64,000 nt of DNA from Anaerolineales bacterium. Its GTDB lineage: Bacteria; Chloroflexota; Anaerolineae; Anaerolineales; RBG-16-64-43. Shown piece after piece: positions 9,493 to 18,988 of the stretch. The notes beneath the pieces are model-generated. The model was not told the origin of the DNA. It did no database searches and saw only the letters and a program-made list of their open reading frames with translations. The position numbers and the translations under genes are program-made. The number at the start of each line of letters is the position of its first letter. The first letter of the stretch is position 1. Location of the stretch: positions 66,621 through 130,620 of the forward strand of contig JBEKSY010000006.1 in NCBI GenBank assembly GCA_049516595.1, given 5' to 3'.

Positions 9493-11652
9493 ATGAAACT
9501 GGAAACCCTTCTCGAATCCCTGCCAGATCTTCTTCTCTCGGAGAGGGAGATGATCGAGCGGGCCTACGCGATTGCAGAGCGGGCTCACGAGGGTCAGTAT
9601 CGCGCCTCGGGCGAACCCTATGTGCAGCATTGCCTGGCCGTGGCAAAGATCCTGGCGGATTTTGGGGTTCCAGCGACAACTATTGCTGCCGGTCTGCTGC
9701 ATGACACGGTTGAGGATGGGGGTGTGTCGTTGGGGCAGATCGAGCGCGAGTTTGGGCACGAGGTCGCCCAGCAGGTGGATGGGGTCACCAAGCTTACCAA
9801 TCTGCCCAGGGTTTCAAAGGGAGATGGCCGGCCGGCCGGGGTCGAAGATTCGGCGCGTCGGAAGGACATGGATGTTGAGAGCCTTCGCAAGATCTTCCTT
9901 GCCATGGGAGATGACGTGCGTGTCGTCATCATCAAGCTGGCAGATCGCCTTCATAACATGCGCACGCTCAGCCACCTCGAGCCGGAGCGCAGGCGGCGTA
10001 TTGCTCAGGAGACCCTAGAGATCTTCGCCCCTCTGGCCAACCGACTCGGCATGTGGCAAATGAAATGGGAGCTAGAGGATCTCGCCTTCCGCTACGTCAA
10101 CGCGCAGGTGTACAAGGAGATTGCCGGAAAGCTTGAAGAGCGGAGGACCGACCGCGAGGACAAAATGACGCAAATCGTCCAGCGTCTCAAAGAGGTGCTG
10201 AACGAAGCGGGCTTGTCGGCGGAGGTAAGTGGCCGCCCCAAGCACATTTACTCCATCTATCGCAAGATGCTTCGCAAAGGGGTGGCGTTTGAATCGGTCC
10301 ATGACGTGCGGGCAGTGCGCATCATCGTCAAGGACATCCCCAGTTGCTACGTGACCTTGGGCGTCATTCACAATCACTGGTCCCCCCTGCCTGGCGACTT
10401 CGACGACTACATTGCCTCGCCCAAGGACAACTTCTACCAGTCCTTGCATACTGCGGTGGTTTACGATGATGGAAAGACTATCGAGGTCCAAATCCGCACC
10501 CCGGAGATGCACCAGAACGCGGATCTCGGAATTGCCGCCCATTGGCGATACAAGGAGGGGGGGCGGCGAGACGAAGCCTTCGAGCGCAGAATCCTATGGC
10601 TTCGCAGCCTCATGGATTGGCGCCATGAGGTTCAGGATGCGAGTGAATTCGTCGATGCGCTCAAATCGGATGTCTTCCAGGATCGCGTGTACGCATTCAC
10701 ACCGAAGGGAGATGTGATCGATCTCCCCGCAGGCTCTACGGCCATCGACTTCGCTTACCACGTTCACACTGAAATCGGCCATCGCTGCCGGGGAACCCGG
10801 GTCAACGGCAAGCTCGTTTCCTTGGACTATCGCCTGAGGACGGGGGATCAGGTGGAGATTGTCACAACGCGCCGTGGGGGACCGAGCCGCGATTGGCTCA
10901 ACCCGGATTTGCGGCTCGTGCGCTCGCAACGGGCGATCAGCAAGATCCGACAGTGGTTCAAAAGAGAGGACCAGGACCAACGTATTTCCGAAGGCCGAGA
11001 GATCGTGGAACGCGAATTGCGCAGGCTGGGTGTGGAGGGTCTCACCCTCGAGAGCCTGGGGAAAGGGCTGGGGTATGGCAGCCTGAACGAGTTTCTTGCC
11101 GCGGTCGGCTCCGGCGACCTTACCGCGGCGAGGATCGTGGCGAAGATTCTCGAAACCGAGCCCGGAGCATTGGAAGAATTTCCGGCACTCACCCCTCCCT
11201 CCGAGACAACCACACCGGATGTGAACATTACCGGATTAAGGGGCATGCTGACCTCCATGGCCCGCTGCTGCAAGCCGGTCCCGGGAGACCCGATCGTCGG
11301 GTACGTAACCCGCGGGCGAGGGGCCACCATACACCGCACGGACTGCCCCAACATCCTGCGCGTGCGCGACAAGGAAAGGCTGGTGCACGTTTCCTGGGGG
11401 CGTCCGGCAAGGACCTACCCTGTGGCTGTTCGGGTTACCGCTTACGACCGGGAGGGATTGCTTCGAGATGTGTCCACCGTGGTGGGTGAAGAGCACATCA
11501 ATCTGAGCAATGTGGTCTCCAGCATCAAAGCCCACCTGGCCATGATTGATTTGGTGATGGAGGTCACGGACTTGGGCCAACTAAGCCGGGTACTCAATCG
11601 CGTCGAGGCTCTCCCCAACGTCATGGAAGCTCGGCGAGTGCGGGCTGGATGA
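9493..11652 (+). CDS. relA: Bifunctional (p)ppGpp synthetase/hydrolase RelA/SpoT homologue
   Basis: HD domain (HEGQYRASGEPYVQHCLAVA...LHDTVEDG), synthetase (RPKHIYSIYRKM...QIRT..MH), TGS and ACT regions. A TATACT -10-like hexamer lies at 9465-9470, so I prefer ATG 9493 over the track's GTG 9475. Confidence 0.92.
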   Translation: MKLETLLESLPDLLLSEREMIERAYAIAERAHEGQYRASGEPYVQHCLAVAKILADFGVPATTIAAGLLHDTVEDGGVSLGQIEREFGHEVAQQVDGVTKLTNLPRVSKGDGRPAGVEDSARRKDMDVESLRKIFLAMGDDVRVVIIKLADRLHNMRTLSHLEPERRRRIAQETLEIFAPLANRLGMWQMKWELEDLAFRYVNAQVYKEIAGKLEERRTDREDKMTQIVQRLKEVLNEAGLSAEVSGRPKHIYSIYRKMLRKGVAFESVHDVRAVRIIVKDIPSCYVTLGVIHNHWSPLPGDFDDYIASPKDNFYQSLHTAVVYDDGKTIEVQIRTPEMHQNADLGIAAHWRYKEGGRRDEAFERRILWLRSLMDWRHEVQDASEFVDALKSDVFQDRVYAFTPKGDVIDLPAGSTAIDFAYHVHTEIGHRCRGTRVNGKLVSLDYRLRTGDQVEIVTTRRGGPSRDWLNPDLRLVRSQRAISKIRQWFKREDQDQRISEGREIVERELRRLGVEGLTLESLGKGLGYGSLNEFLAAVGSGDLTAARIVAKILETEPGALEEFPALTPPSETTTPDVNITGLRGMLTSMARCCKPVPGDPIVGYVTRGRGATIHRTDCPNILRVRDKERLVHVSWGRPARTYPVAVRVTAYDREGLLRDVSTVVGEEHINLSNVVSSIKAHLAMIDLVMEVTDLGQLSRVLNRVEALPNVMEARRVRAG

Positions 11653-11719
11653 GAGCAGCAGGGAGCGCCCGGCGCTTTCGCCCTCCCGGGCTCCTGTCTT
11701 CCTTGGGTGAGGCACAGAA

Positions 11720-12958
11720 GTGACCGGCACATTGCTGAGCGTTGAACTGGCCCGTGACCTCTTGCTGAAGGAATTCACCAGCCTGCCCGGGGAAGAGGTG
11801 AGCCTGCGGGACGGCTTGGCACGGGTATTGGCAAGGGACCTAGTTGCCAACCAGGACTTGCCCCCTTTCTCCAACTCCTCGATGGACGGGTTTGCGCTGC
11901 GCGCCGAAGATGTTCGCGGTGCGTCCAGGCGGAACCCTGTCCGACTTCAGGTCGTGCTCGATGTGCCCGCCGGCTACTCGCCGCCTGCTTCCCTTCCCGC
12001 GGGGGTTGCCGCCCGGGTGATGACCGGGGCGCCCATTCCTCCGGGAGCCGACTGTGTCGTTCCCGTCGAGCAAACGGATTTGAGCGCCATGCAGCCAGCC
12101 CTTCCCGGGGAAATCGGGATCTTAGCCGAGATGCGGCCAGGCGAAAACATTCGGCCCGGGGGGTTCGACATCCAGGCGGGAGAGAGAATCCTAGCGCGGG
12201 GCACCCGCTTGCGTCCGCAGGAGATCGCCTTGCTTGCCAGTTTGGGCCAGGTCTCGGTCCAGGTCACTCAACGCCCCCGCATCGCCATCGTCTCCACGGG
12301 AAGTGAGCTGGTCCCTGTGGGCCGACCTCTGCGGGCGGGCGAGATTTTCGAGAGCAATTCCTTGATGCTGGAGGCTCTGGTCACCGAGTCGGGAGGTCAA
12401 CCGATTTCGCTGGGGATCGCACCCGATGATGCGGCGGAGATCGGTTTGAGATTCGACTCGGCCCTGGACCAGGGCGCCGATCTGATTCTTTCATCCGCGG
12501 GGGTTTCGGTCGGAGCCTACGACTACGTTCGCCAAGTCGTCGAAAAGAGGGGACGCCTGTCCTTCTGGAGGGTGAACCTTCGTCCCGGAAGACCTCTGGC
12601 CTTTGGTCGTTATCGGGGTGTCCCGGTCATGGGTCTGCCGGGAAACCCCGTTTCCTCATTTGTCACCTTTGAATTGTTTGCTCGGCCCGCGATCACCGTG
12701 TTGCTGGGGGGCGTCCCGCGGCCGAGGCCGAGGGTCACGGCGCGCTTAACCGAGGATCTCGAATCGGACGGGAGAGAAACCTACCTGCGAGGGCAGAGCC
12801 AGTGGGATCTTGGGCAATGGCGCGTGAGGCTCAGCGGAAACCAAGGGTCCTCGGCACTCTCCGCCTTGGTGCGCGCCAATTCCCTGATTCGACTGCCGGC
12901 TGGAACTACTCGTGTTCCCGCCGGATCGCCGGTGGAGGTGTGGCTGCTAGCCGACTAA
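11720..12958 (+). CDS. moeA: Molybdopterin molybdenumtransferase MoeA
   Basis: 412 aa with PPFSNSSMDGFALR, VMTGAPIP.GADCVVPVE, SGGVSVGAYDYV (as SSAGVSVGAYDYV) and GLPGNPVSSFVTFELF. Confidence 0.9.
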   Translation: MTGTLLSVELARDLLLKEFTSLPGEEVSLRDGLARVLARDLVANQDLPPFSNSSMDGFALRAEDVRGASRRNPVRLQVVLDVPAGYSPPASLPAGVAARVMTGAPIPPGADCVVPVEQTDLSAMQPALPGEIGILAEMRPGENIRPGGFDIQAGERILARGTRLRPQEIALLASLGQVSVQVTQRPRIAIVSTGSELVPVGRPLRAGEIFESNSLMLEALVTESGGQPISLGIAPDDAAEIGLRFDSALDQGADLILSSAGVSVGAYDYVRQVVEKRGRLSFWRVNLRPGRPLAFGRYRGVPVMGLPGNPVSSFVTFELFARPAITVLLGGVPRPRPRVTARLTEDLESDGRETYLRGQSQWDLGQWRVRLSGNQGSSALSALVRANSLIRLPAGTTRVPAGSPVEVWLLAD

Positions 12959-13108
12959 CCGAGGAGGGGACGGCCACGCTCAGGAGCAGGAGAAAAACGA
13001 TCCGATTCCCTCGGAGGGGTTGGCAGGCCTCCGCGATCCAAGGGAGTGGAGGACTCCGCAGCGCGGCTTTCATCTGGTCGTTGTACTCCTTGGGGCGAAA
13101 CTCGTGCC

Positions 13109-13136
13109 TTGACAAATCCTTCGAGCATGATATGTT
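13109..13136 (+). promoter_or_regulatory. Candidate sigma-70 type promoter
   Basis: TTGACA-N16-TATGTT about 55 nt upstream of ATG 13193, which has a GAGGAGGGG SD. Confidence 0.4.
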
Positions 13137-13192
13137 TTCATTTATGGGCCCAGCGTCGCGGCAGCCAAACCAATCCGGTCTGAGGAGGGGCA

Positions 13193-13435
13193 ATGCCTAG
13201 GATCCGTTGTCGCTACCTCGATTGTGTCTTCCTCGAGGAGGGATACTGCGGGGCGGCTGCCATCGAACTCGATCCGGACGCGGGTTGCCTGACCTACTCG
13301 CAAACTGAGGAAGCCGAAGCTCCGCCGGAATGGGAAGAACAAGAGGTTGAGGAGGAGTGGGAAGACGAAGAGGACGGTTTCGAGGTCGAGGAAGAGGAGG
13401 AAGAGGCCTGGGAGGACGACGAGGAGGAGACCTAG
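13193..13435 (+). CDS. Small Cys-containing protein (DUF1540-like N-part) with a poly-acidic tail
   Basis: 80 aa. IRCRYLDCVFLEEGYCGAAAIELDPDAGCLTY resembles the DUF1540 Cys pattern. The last ~45 residues are almost entirely E/D/W. It has a strong SD and a promoter-like element upstream. Confidence 0.6.
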   Translation: MPRIRCRYLDCVFLEEGYCGAAAIELDPDAGCLTYSQTEEAEAPPEWEEQEVEEEWEDEEDGFEVEEEEEEAWEDDEEET

Positions 13436-13495
13436 TCCAGAGCCCCGCCAGGCGGAGATTTGAAGTCGCAAGGGATCACGATCAGGGATCCAAAC

Positions 13496-13521
13496 CTCAG
13501 GCGAGCCCCGGCTCGCCTGAG
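13496..13521. terminator. Hairpin between convergent genes (probable bidirectional terminator)
   Basis: CTCAGGCGAGCC-CC-GGCTCGCCTGAG perfect 12-bp stem, flanked by CCAAAC / CTGTTT. Confidence 0.55.
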
Positions 13522-13553
13522 CTGTTTAGGGTGAGGGGGGTCCCGGCTCGTGC

Positions 13554-14285
13554 CTATGGCTTGCGAACCGAGGTCTCCAGCGTGCGCGAAATGATCTCCT
13601 CTTGCTCGCGTCTCTTGAGGTCTGCGTTGGTCTTTCTCGTTCGAGGGCCTGGGGCCGCCTGCCCCTGGCGGTCTGCCCCCACGCGAGCTTTCTCAAACGC
13701 TGCCTGCATGGCCGTTATCGGGGGTTCCTCGGGAGGTTCCGCAGGGCCCTCCTCGGCCTTGCTCTCCAGGGCCTTGAGGCTGAGCTGGATCTGCTTCTTT
13801 TTTCGAATGACCTCGAGAATGCGCACATCGATTTCGTCGCCGACGCGCACGATGTCGGCAGGATCCTTGACATAGTTGCCGGACAGCTCACTGACGTGGA
13901 CCAGGCCAGGGCGCTCTGCCCCCAGGTCAACAAAGACGCCGAACTTCTCCAGCCGCACGACGGTTCCGTGCACGGTCATGCCCTTCTTCAGCTCATTCCA
14001 ATCGTAGGCCAAGGGCTTGACCATCGTCAGTTCGAGCTTCCCGTTCCCCGGATCGACGGCTCGGACCCAGACGGTGACCGCTTGGCCGACTTGGACCGCT
14101 TCCCCGACCTTGTTGACTGTCCCATGACGGAGCCCCGAAAGGTGAACGAAGCCTTCCTTCTCCGCCCCCACATCCACAAAGGCGCCGTACAGGTCAACCC
14201 GGGTGATCCGGCCGCTGAGCTCCATCTTGGGTTTCAGCTGCAGAAGAGAAACTGGGTTTGCTCCCTGTGGAGATCCATCTCCCAT
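13554..14285 (-). CDS. S1 RNA-binding domain protein (two S1 domains, basic C-tail)
   Basis: GRITRVDLYGAFVDVGAEKEGFVHLSGL and GTVVRLEKFGVFVDLGAERPGLVHVSEL are canonical S1/OB motifs. ATG 14285 follows AAGGGAAGGTG. The upstream 101 codons of the track ORF look non-coding. Confidence 0.85.
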   Translation of the reverse strand: MGDGSPQGANPVSLLQLKPKMELSGRITRVDLYGAFVDVGAEKEGFVHLSGLRHGTVNKVGEAVQVGQAVTVWVRAVDPGNGKLELTMVKPLAYDWNELKKGMTVHGTVVRLEKFGVFVDLGAERPGLVHVSELSGNYVKDPADIVRVGDEIDVRILEVIRKKKQIQLSLKALESKAEEGPAEPPEEPPITAMQAAFEKARVGADRQGQAAPGPRTRKTNADLKRREQEEIISRTLETSVRKP

Positions 14286-14590
14286 GGGCACCTTCCCTTG
14301 CGCATGCGCGTTGTGAGTTGCGCTACAGCGGGGGGTCTGGTTGAGGACGCTCTTGGGCTGGAGGCCACGGAACCGACGACTGCAAGCCCAAATCGATCCA
14401 TCGTGGACCCTGCGGGTAGCACTTGCCCGGGCCCCGACACAGGAGGCGGGCGCTGTTGCACAGTCCCTTGCGTGGGCACGATACAGGGGCCGCATTCCTG
14501 ATCGCTCAGGCTGCCTGCCCCTCCTCGATTGAACCCCTCTCGGTTGCCGCATTCTACCGCAAGAGGGGCGGCCCGACAAGGGCCGCACGG

Positions 14591-14619
14591 TTGGTGGCTG
14601 TCTGCAAATCGTTTAGAAT
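14591..14619 (+). promoter_or_regulatory. Candidate sigma-70 type promoter
   Basis: TTGGTG-N17-TAGAAT, about 120 nt upstream of the dehydratase gene. Confidence 0.3.
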
Positions 14620-14738
14620 CGGAGAGGCGAGGGGAGAAACGGCGGGAGCAGCTCGCTTCGTGCGCCCATGGCGGCGAGGCGACTCGACTTTGGACATCGC
14701 CCTGTGGGTGACCAGGTTCTCAAATTGTGGAGCGAGAG

Positions 14739-15086
14739 ATGAGCGACCTAATGAAAATGAAGTGCGTTCCCTGTCGGGGAGGAGAGCCCCCCTTGACGGA
14801 TGAGCAGATTCAAGAGTTCCGGACTCAGGTGGCGGACTGGGAGGTCCTCGAAGGGGAGGGGATTAAGAGGCTGCAGCGGACCTTCAAGTTCAAGGACTTT
14901 CGGGAGGCGCTCGCTTTCACGGATCGCGTGGGGGGTCTGGCCGAAAGCGAGGGGCATCATCCGGCGATCTTGACGGAGTACGGCAAGGTGACGGTGACCT
15001 GGTGGACCCACAAGATCAGGGGACTCCATCAAAATGACTTCATCATGAGCGCCAAGACCGGGGAAATCTATGCCCACGGGGGCTGA
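14739..15086 (+). CDS. phhB: Pterin-4-alpha-carbinolamine dehydratase
   Basis: F.F.DF..A..F...V..LAE.EGHHP......Y..V...W.TH pattern (FKFKDFREALAFTDRVGGLAESEGHHPAILTEYGKVTVTWWTH). The start is ATG 14739 or GTG 14727. Confidence 0.88.
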   Translation: MSDLMKMKCVPCRGGEPPLTDEQIQEFRTQVADWEVLEGEGIKRLQRTFKFKDFREALAFTDRVGGLAESEGHHPAILTEYGKVTVTWWTHKIRGLHQNDFIMSAKTGEIYAHGG

Positions 15087-15223
15087 AAGGCGGTCGGGAG
15101 CGCCGGGGACCCTGGGCCTTGGGGCACAATTCTGTGCGCGATCCGGGGTATTGCGGGGGGACCCAGCCGTGGGAAGGCGAGATCGTGCGGCTCAACCAAG
15201 AGGCGAATTGTGCTGGGCAGACA

Positions 15224-16381
15224 ATGCCTGAAACTCGAGGACGCTTGAGGGCGGAGGGCAAGGGAGCCAGACCCGAGTTGCCTATCCAGGCGGCGGACTT
15301 TCTCAAGGCCGCGCTCAAGTCGGAAAGGACCCGGGAAAATTACCGCTGGGCACTCGTCGCGCTGGAGGATTTCGCGGCGCAGACAGGCTATGGGGGGGCA
15401 AGGCTTTCACGACCGCTAGCCCCTGCCGGCATACGCGACGATTTGCTCGTATCCTTTCTCGATTGGCTCCGATCCAATAGAAAGTATTCTCCGGCCACTC
15501 TCGCTTTGTACCTGGCGGCCGTCAAGCGCTACCTCGGATGGTTGTATGCGCGCGGGAAGTTGCCCCCCGCATTTCGGCTGGATAAGGCACGGGAGAAGCT
15601 CAAGGAGGAGACCCGCGGCGGAGCGCTCCGCTACCCTCCCCGTCACCCGGATCCGAGCTTGGCCTCGATCCTTGCTTTCTACGACGAGTCCCCCCTGCCG
15701 CCGGCCCGGAATCCCGCTTCGAAAAGGAAGCGATTGGTCATCCTTCGGAATCGGGCCGTGGTCCACGCGCTTTATTCCTCGGCCGGGCGGGCCAGCGAGG
15801 TCGCACAGCTCGATTGCGCCAGCGTGGACAAGGGCTATGCCACTACCGCCGAGGTGGTCGGGAAGGGCGGAAAGGCGCGGACGCTGATTCTCACCCAGGA
15901 AGCTCAACACGCTATTCGCGAGTACCTTGCCGAGCGAGAGCGCCAAGGCGAGGATTTGGGAGGCAGGCGGATGCGGATAGCTCGGCCCGCTTCCGCTCCC
16001 CTCTTTGTCAGTCATGGCAGAGGGAAGAGGGCCCGCATCTCGCGAACGACGCTCTGGCGGGTTGTCGCGCAGGCAGCCCGTGCCTTGGGACTCAAGCCCG
16101 GCAGCGGTCCCCACGCCTTCCGCCACTTTCGCGCTCAGTCATTGCGGGATGAGGGCATGGACTTGGGTTTGCTGCAAGCCTTGCTCGGTCATTCGAGCAT
16201 CGAGACCACTCGGCGCATTTATGCGCCTCACACCAGCGTGAGCCAGTTGGTCGACGCCCTCTCCACCTACGGGATCTCTGCGGGAGAGGCCGCCCGGAAA
16301 GCCCGAAAAGTCATTCCCGGCGAGCTGCCGGGGGCAGCGACACCTTCTTCCCCATTCAAGACGGGGCGAGGAACTCACTGA
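15224..16381 (+). CDS. Tyrosine site-specific recombinase (phage-integrase family, XerC/D-like with extensions)
   Basis: RNRAVVHALYSSAGRASEV (box I Arg), HAFRHF...LLGHSSIETTRRIY (H-x-x-R ... H ... Y catalytic set), and an N-terminal SAM-like core-binding region. Confidence 0.85.
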   Translation: MPETRGRLRAEGKGARPELPIQAADFLKAALKSERTRENYRWALVALEDFAAQTGYGGARLSRPLAPAGIRDDLLVSFLDWLRSNRKYSPATLALYLAAVKRYLGWLYARGKLPPAFRLDKAREKLKEETRGGALRYPPRHPDPSLASILAFYDESPLPPARNPASKRKRLVILRNRAVVHALYSSAGRASEVAQLDCASVDKGYATTAEVVGKGGKARTLILTQEAQHAIREYLAERERQGEDLGGRRMRIARPASAPLFVSHGRGKRARISRTTLWRVVAQAARALGLKPGSGPHAFRHFRAQSLRDEGMDLGLLQALLGHSSIETTRRIYAPHTSVSQLVDALSTYGISAGEAARKARKVIPGELPGAATPSSPFKTGRGTH

Positions 16382-16534
16382 GTCTGGATGGGCTCGTCGC
16401 AGGGAAGGGAGTCGGCGAGGGGGCGGGTAGCCTCCAGCTGCCCAGCAGGCGCTTTTCCCCTTTCTTGGTCCGACCGGATGCATGAGCGTGGACAGGCTGC
16501 CCCAAGATCGTTGAGCTTGAATATAATCGCTGGC

Positions 16535-17965
16535 ATGTCCCTCGCAGAAGAGATTCAACGAGACCTGCTCTCCGGGGGCGGGCTGCCTCCAGGCGCGAAG
16601 GTTGTCGTGGGGGTTTCCGGCGGACCCGATAGCCTGGCGCTGCTCAGCGTGCTGAAGGATCTGGGCCACCCGGTCGTGGTGGCTCATTTCGATCATGGAC
16701 TGCGCCCCGAGAGTGAGGCCGAGGCCGAGTTTGTCCGGAGGCTTGCCAGCGAATGGCAGTTGCCCTGCGTCATCGAGAGAGAAAGGGTTGATGACTGGGC
16801 CAAGGAGCATCGTCGTTCGGTCGAGGAGGCCGGTCGGATTCTTCGTTATCGTTTCCTATCCCGAGTCGCTCTTCAGGCAGAGGCGCGCTGGATCGCCGTG
16901 GGACACACCGCGGACGATCAGGCAGAGACCGTGCTGATGCACCTCCTGCGGGGAGCAGGCCCAGAGGGCTTGAGAGGGATGCCGATGATCCACGACCTGG
17001 GGGCGTGGGTTGAAGGCCTAGACCCGGGGCGGGTCTTTCTGGTCCGTCCCTTGCTCAAGGTAACGCGGGAGCAAACCGAGGCCTACTGCCGGGAGAGGGA
17101 CCTGGTTGCCCGGAGGGATCCTACCAATCTCGGTCCGGCCTATCTGCGGGGGAGGATGCGAGCCGATCTGCTCCCGTTCTTGAAAAAGTACAACCCAGAG
17201 CTGCGGTCCGCTCTCTGCCGCCTCGCCGATGTGATGGCCGGCGAGGTAGAAGTCCTGGAGGCCGCAGTGAATCGGGCTTGGCTCCTCGTTGGCGTGCAGG
17301 TGAGCCCGGACCAAGTCCGGATCCCTCGGCAGCAGTTTCTGGCCCAACCCAAGGGAATTCGCCGGGGAGTCGTTCGGCGAGCTTGTCGGAGGCTCTTGCC
17401 GGGAACCCGCGATCTCGCCTACCGTCATATCGAACAAGCTCTTGAGTTCGCCCTGCATCCCCCGCAGACGCGTCGAGCGGGGATTTGTCAAGGGCTCAGC
17501 CTTCATTTGTCGGACGGTGTACTGGTTCTGCAACGGCAAGCCGCAGGGGCTTGCAGCCCCCCCGATTGGGTTGGTGCGGGCGTTCCTCTTGAAGGCCATA
17601 TCAGGTTGGGGGAGCTGGACTGGGTGATCGACGGCCGGCAGGCCAGTCATTGGGACCTAGAAGAAGTGAAACGCGCTTCGGGCCGCTGGGAGGCCTGGCT
17701 GGACCGCGATCGGATCGAGGGGGATCTGAAGGTGCGCGTGCGGGCCAGAGGGGATCGATTTCGTCCGCTCGGCCTGAACCGGGAGGTTCGTCTCGGCGGC
17801 TTTTTCTCAGCCCATCACCTGCCTGTTGAGCTGCGCGACCGATGGCCTCTGATTTGTGACAGTTCAGGGATCCTCTGGATCCCGGGCCTCCAGATCGGTG
17901 ATCGCGTTAAGCTCCGGAGCATCAGCAGGCGAGTGCTGCACCTGCAAGTATGGCGGGGCCGATGA
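16535..17965 (+). CDS. tilS: tRNA(Ile)-lysidine synthase
   Basis: PP-loop VVVGVSGGPDSLALL, HFDHGLRPES, GHTADDQAETVLMHLLRG. I prefer ATG 16535 (MSLAEEIQ...). Confidence 0.9.
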   Translation: MSLAEEIQRDLLSGGGLPPGAKVVVGVSGGPDSLALLSVLKDLGHPVVVAHFDHGLRPESEAEAEFVRRLASEWQLPCVIERERVDDWAKEHRRSVEEAGRILRYRFLSRVALQAEARWIAVGHTADDQAETVLMHLLRGAGPEGLRGMPMIHDLGAWVEGLDPGRVFLVRPLLKVTREQTEAYCRERDLVARRDPTNLGPAYLRGRMRADLLPFLKKYNPELRSALCRLADVMAGEVEVLEAAVNRAWLLVGVQVSPDQVRIPRQQFLAQPKGIRRGVVRRACRRLLPGTRDLAYRHIEQALEFALHPPQTRRAGICQGLSLHLSDGVLVLQRQAAGACSPPDWVGAGVPLEGHIRLGELDWVIDGRQASHWDLEEVKRASGRWEAWLDRDRIEGDLKVRVRARGDRFRPLGLNREVRLGGFFSAHHLPVELRDRWPLICDSSGILWIPGLQIGDRVKLRSISRRVLHLQVWRGR

Positions 17966-18936
17966 GATCCAGCCGGATTTCCGTGGGGGGACAATCCAAG
18001 GGCGTTGCGATTGCGCTGGTGGGCACGTTCTGCTGGTCTACGACCTCCATTATCATGCGGACGCTTCTCTCCAATACGGCGATTGCCCCGCTGACGCTTG
18101 CGGTCTGGCGCGACGTCGTCGTGGCGCTTGCACTGGGCGCGGTCTTGAGCCTGGCCGGGCCCACGGTATTGCGAATCCGCGTGACCGATGTGCCCTTCCT
18201 TCTTCTTCATGGAGGCGTCGCCCTGGCGGCGATGAATGGGCTGTGGACCTTCTCCGTAGCCATGAATGGTGCCGCTCTCGCGACGGTCCTGGTTTACGTT
18301 GCCCCCGCCATTAATGTGCTGATCGGGTGGCTTTTCCTGCACGAAGGGATCAGTGGCTGGAAGGTCTGCGCCGTCGCGCTGGGCATCACCGGAGTGGCAC
18401 TGATCGCCACGCTCGGTCGCGGCCCGACGGTGGGCCTGGGCGGAAAGGGAATCCTGGTCGGAGTGGGGACAGGTGCTGCCTTCGCCCTGTTTGGACTGAC
18501 CGGGAAGATCGCCGCCAAGCGGTTTGCCAATACCTGGACGGCAACCTTCTACGGGTTTGTCTTCGCCGCAGCCGCTCTCTTCCTCCTGCAGAAGCTGACG
18601 CATTCTCCCGGGTATCCGCTCAGACCGCGCGAGCTGGCGGGCCTTGCGCTTCTGGCCCTGCCGACCTTGCTCGGCTACGGCCTCTTTTCGGCCTCTCTGC
18701 GGCACCTTTCCACGACGGTCGCCAGTCTGGTGGCTTCCCTCGAACCGGCCCTCACCGCGGCCATGGCGGTCACACTCCTGGGAGAACGCATGCTGCCGGG
18801 TCAGTGGATCGGTGGCGGACTTATACTGGGAGGGGTTTTCCTGACTCAAGTGGCCCCCCCCGAACAGGAACGGCCCCCGCTCCCCGAGGCTCCCGAGCCG
18901 CTCCTCCCCTTCCGCCGGGGGGACCCGCACTTGTGA
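17950..18936 (+). CDS. EamA/DMT-family transporter
   Basis: About 10 hydrophobic segments and duplicated EamA-like halves. It overlaps the tilS 3' end by 16 nt. Confidence 0.8.
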   Translation: MAGPMRSSRISVGGQSKGVAIALVGTFCWSTTSIIMRTLLSNTAIAPLTLAVWRDVVVALALGAVLSLAGPTVLRIRVTDVPFLLLHGGVALAAMNGLWTFSVAMNGAALATVLVYVAPAINVLIGWLFLHEGISGWKVCAVALGITGVALIATLGRGPTVGLGGKGILVGVGTGAAFALFGLTGKIAAKRFANTWTATFYGFVFAAAALFLLQKLTHSPGYPLRPRELAGLALLALPTLLGYGLFSASLRHLSTTVASLVASLEPALTAAMAVTLLGERMLPGQWIGGGLILGGVFLTQVAPPEQERPPLPEAPEPLLPFRRGDPHL

Positions 18937-18988
18937 GCATTCGGCTGGGGCCCCAGAAGAGGGCCAACCTTTTTGGAGGAGGAGTTCG

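Noticed and set aside
14286-14302. GGGCACCTTCCCTTGC on the plus strand resembles a -24/-12 element.
   Set aside because: The GG-to-GC spacing is 11 nt rather than 10, and it sits at the start codon of the minus-strand S1 gene pointing into intergenic DNA. The spacing is essentially invariant in real sigma-54 promoters.
15224-16381. The tyrosine recombinase as a marker of an integrated mobile element or genomic island.
   Set aside because: Its flanks are ordinary housekeeping genes (pterin dehydratase, tilS). I see no adjacent tRNA, no direct repeats and no phage or IS genes. It is more likely a chromosomal Xer-like or orphan recombinase, and whether it is mobile cannot be decided from this window.
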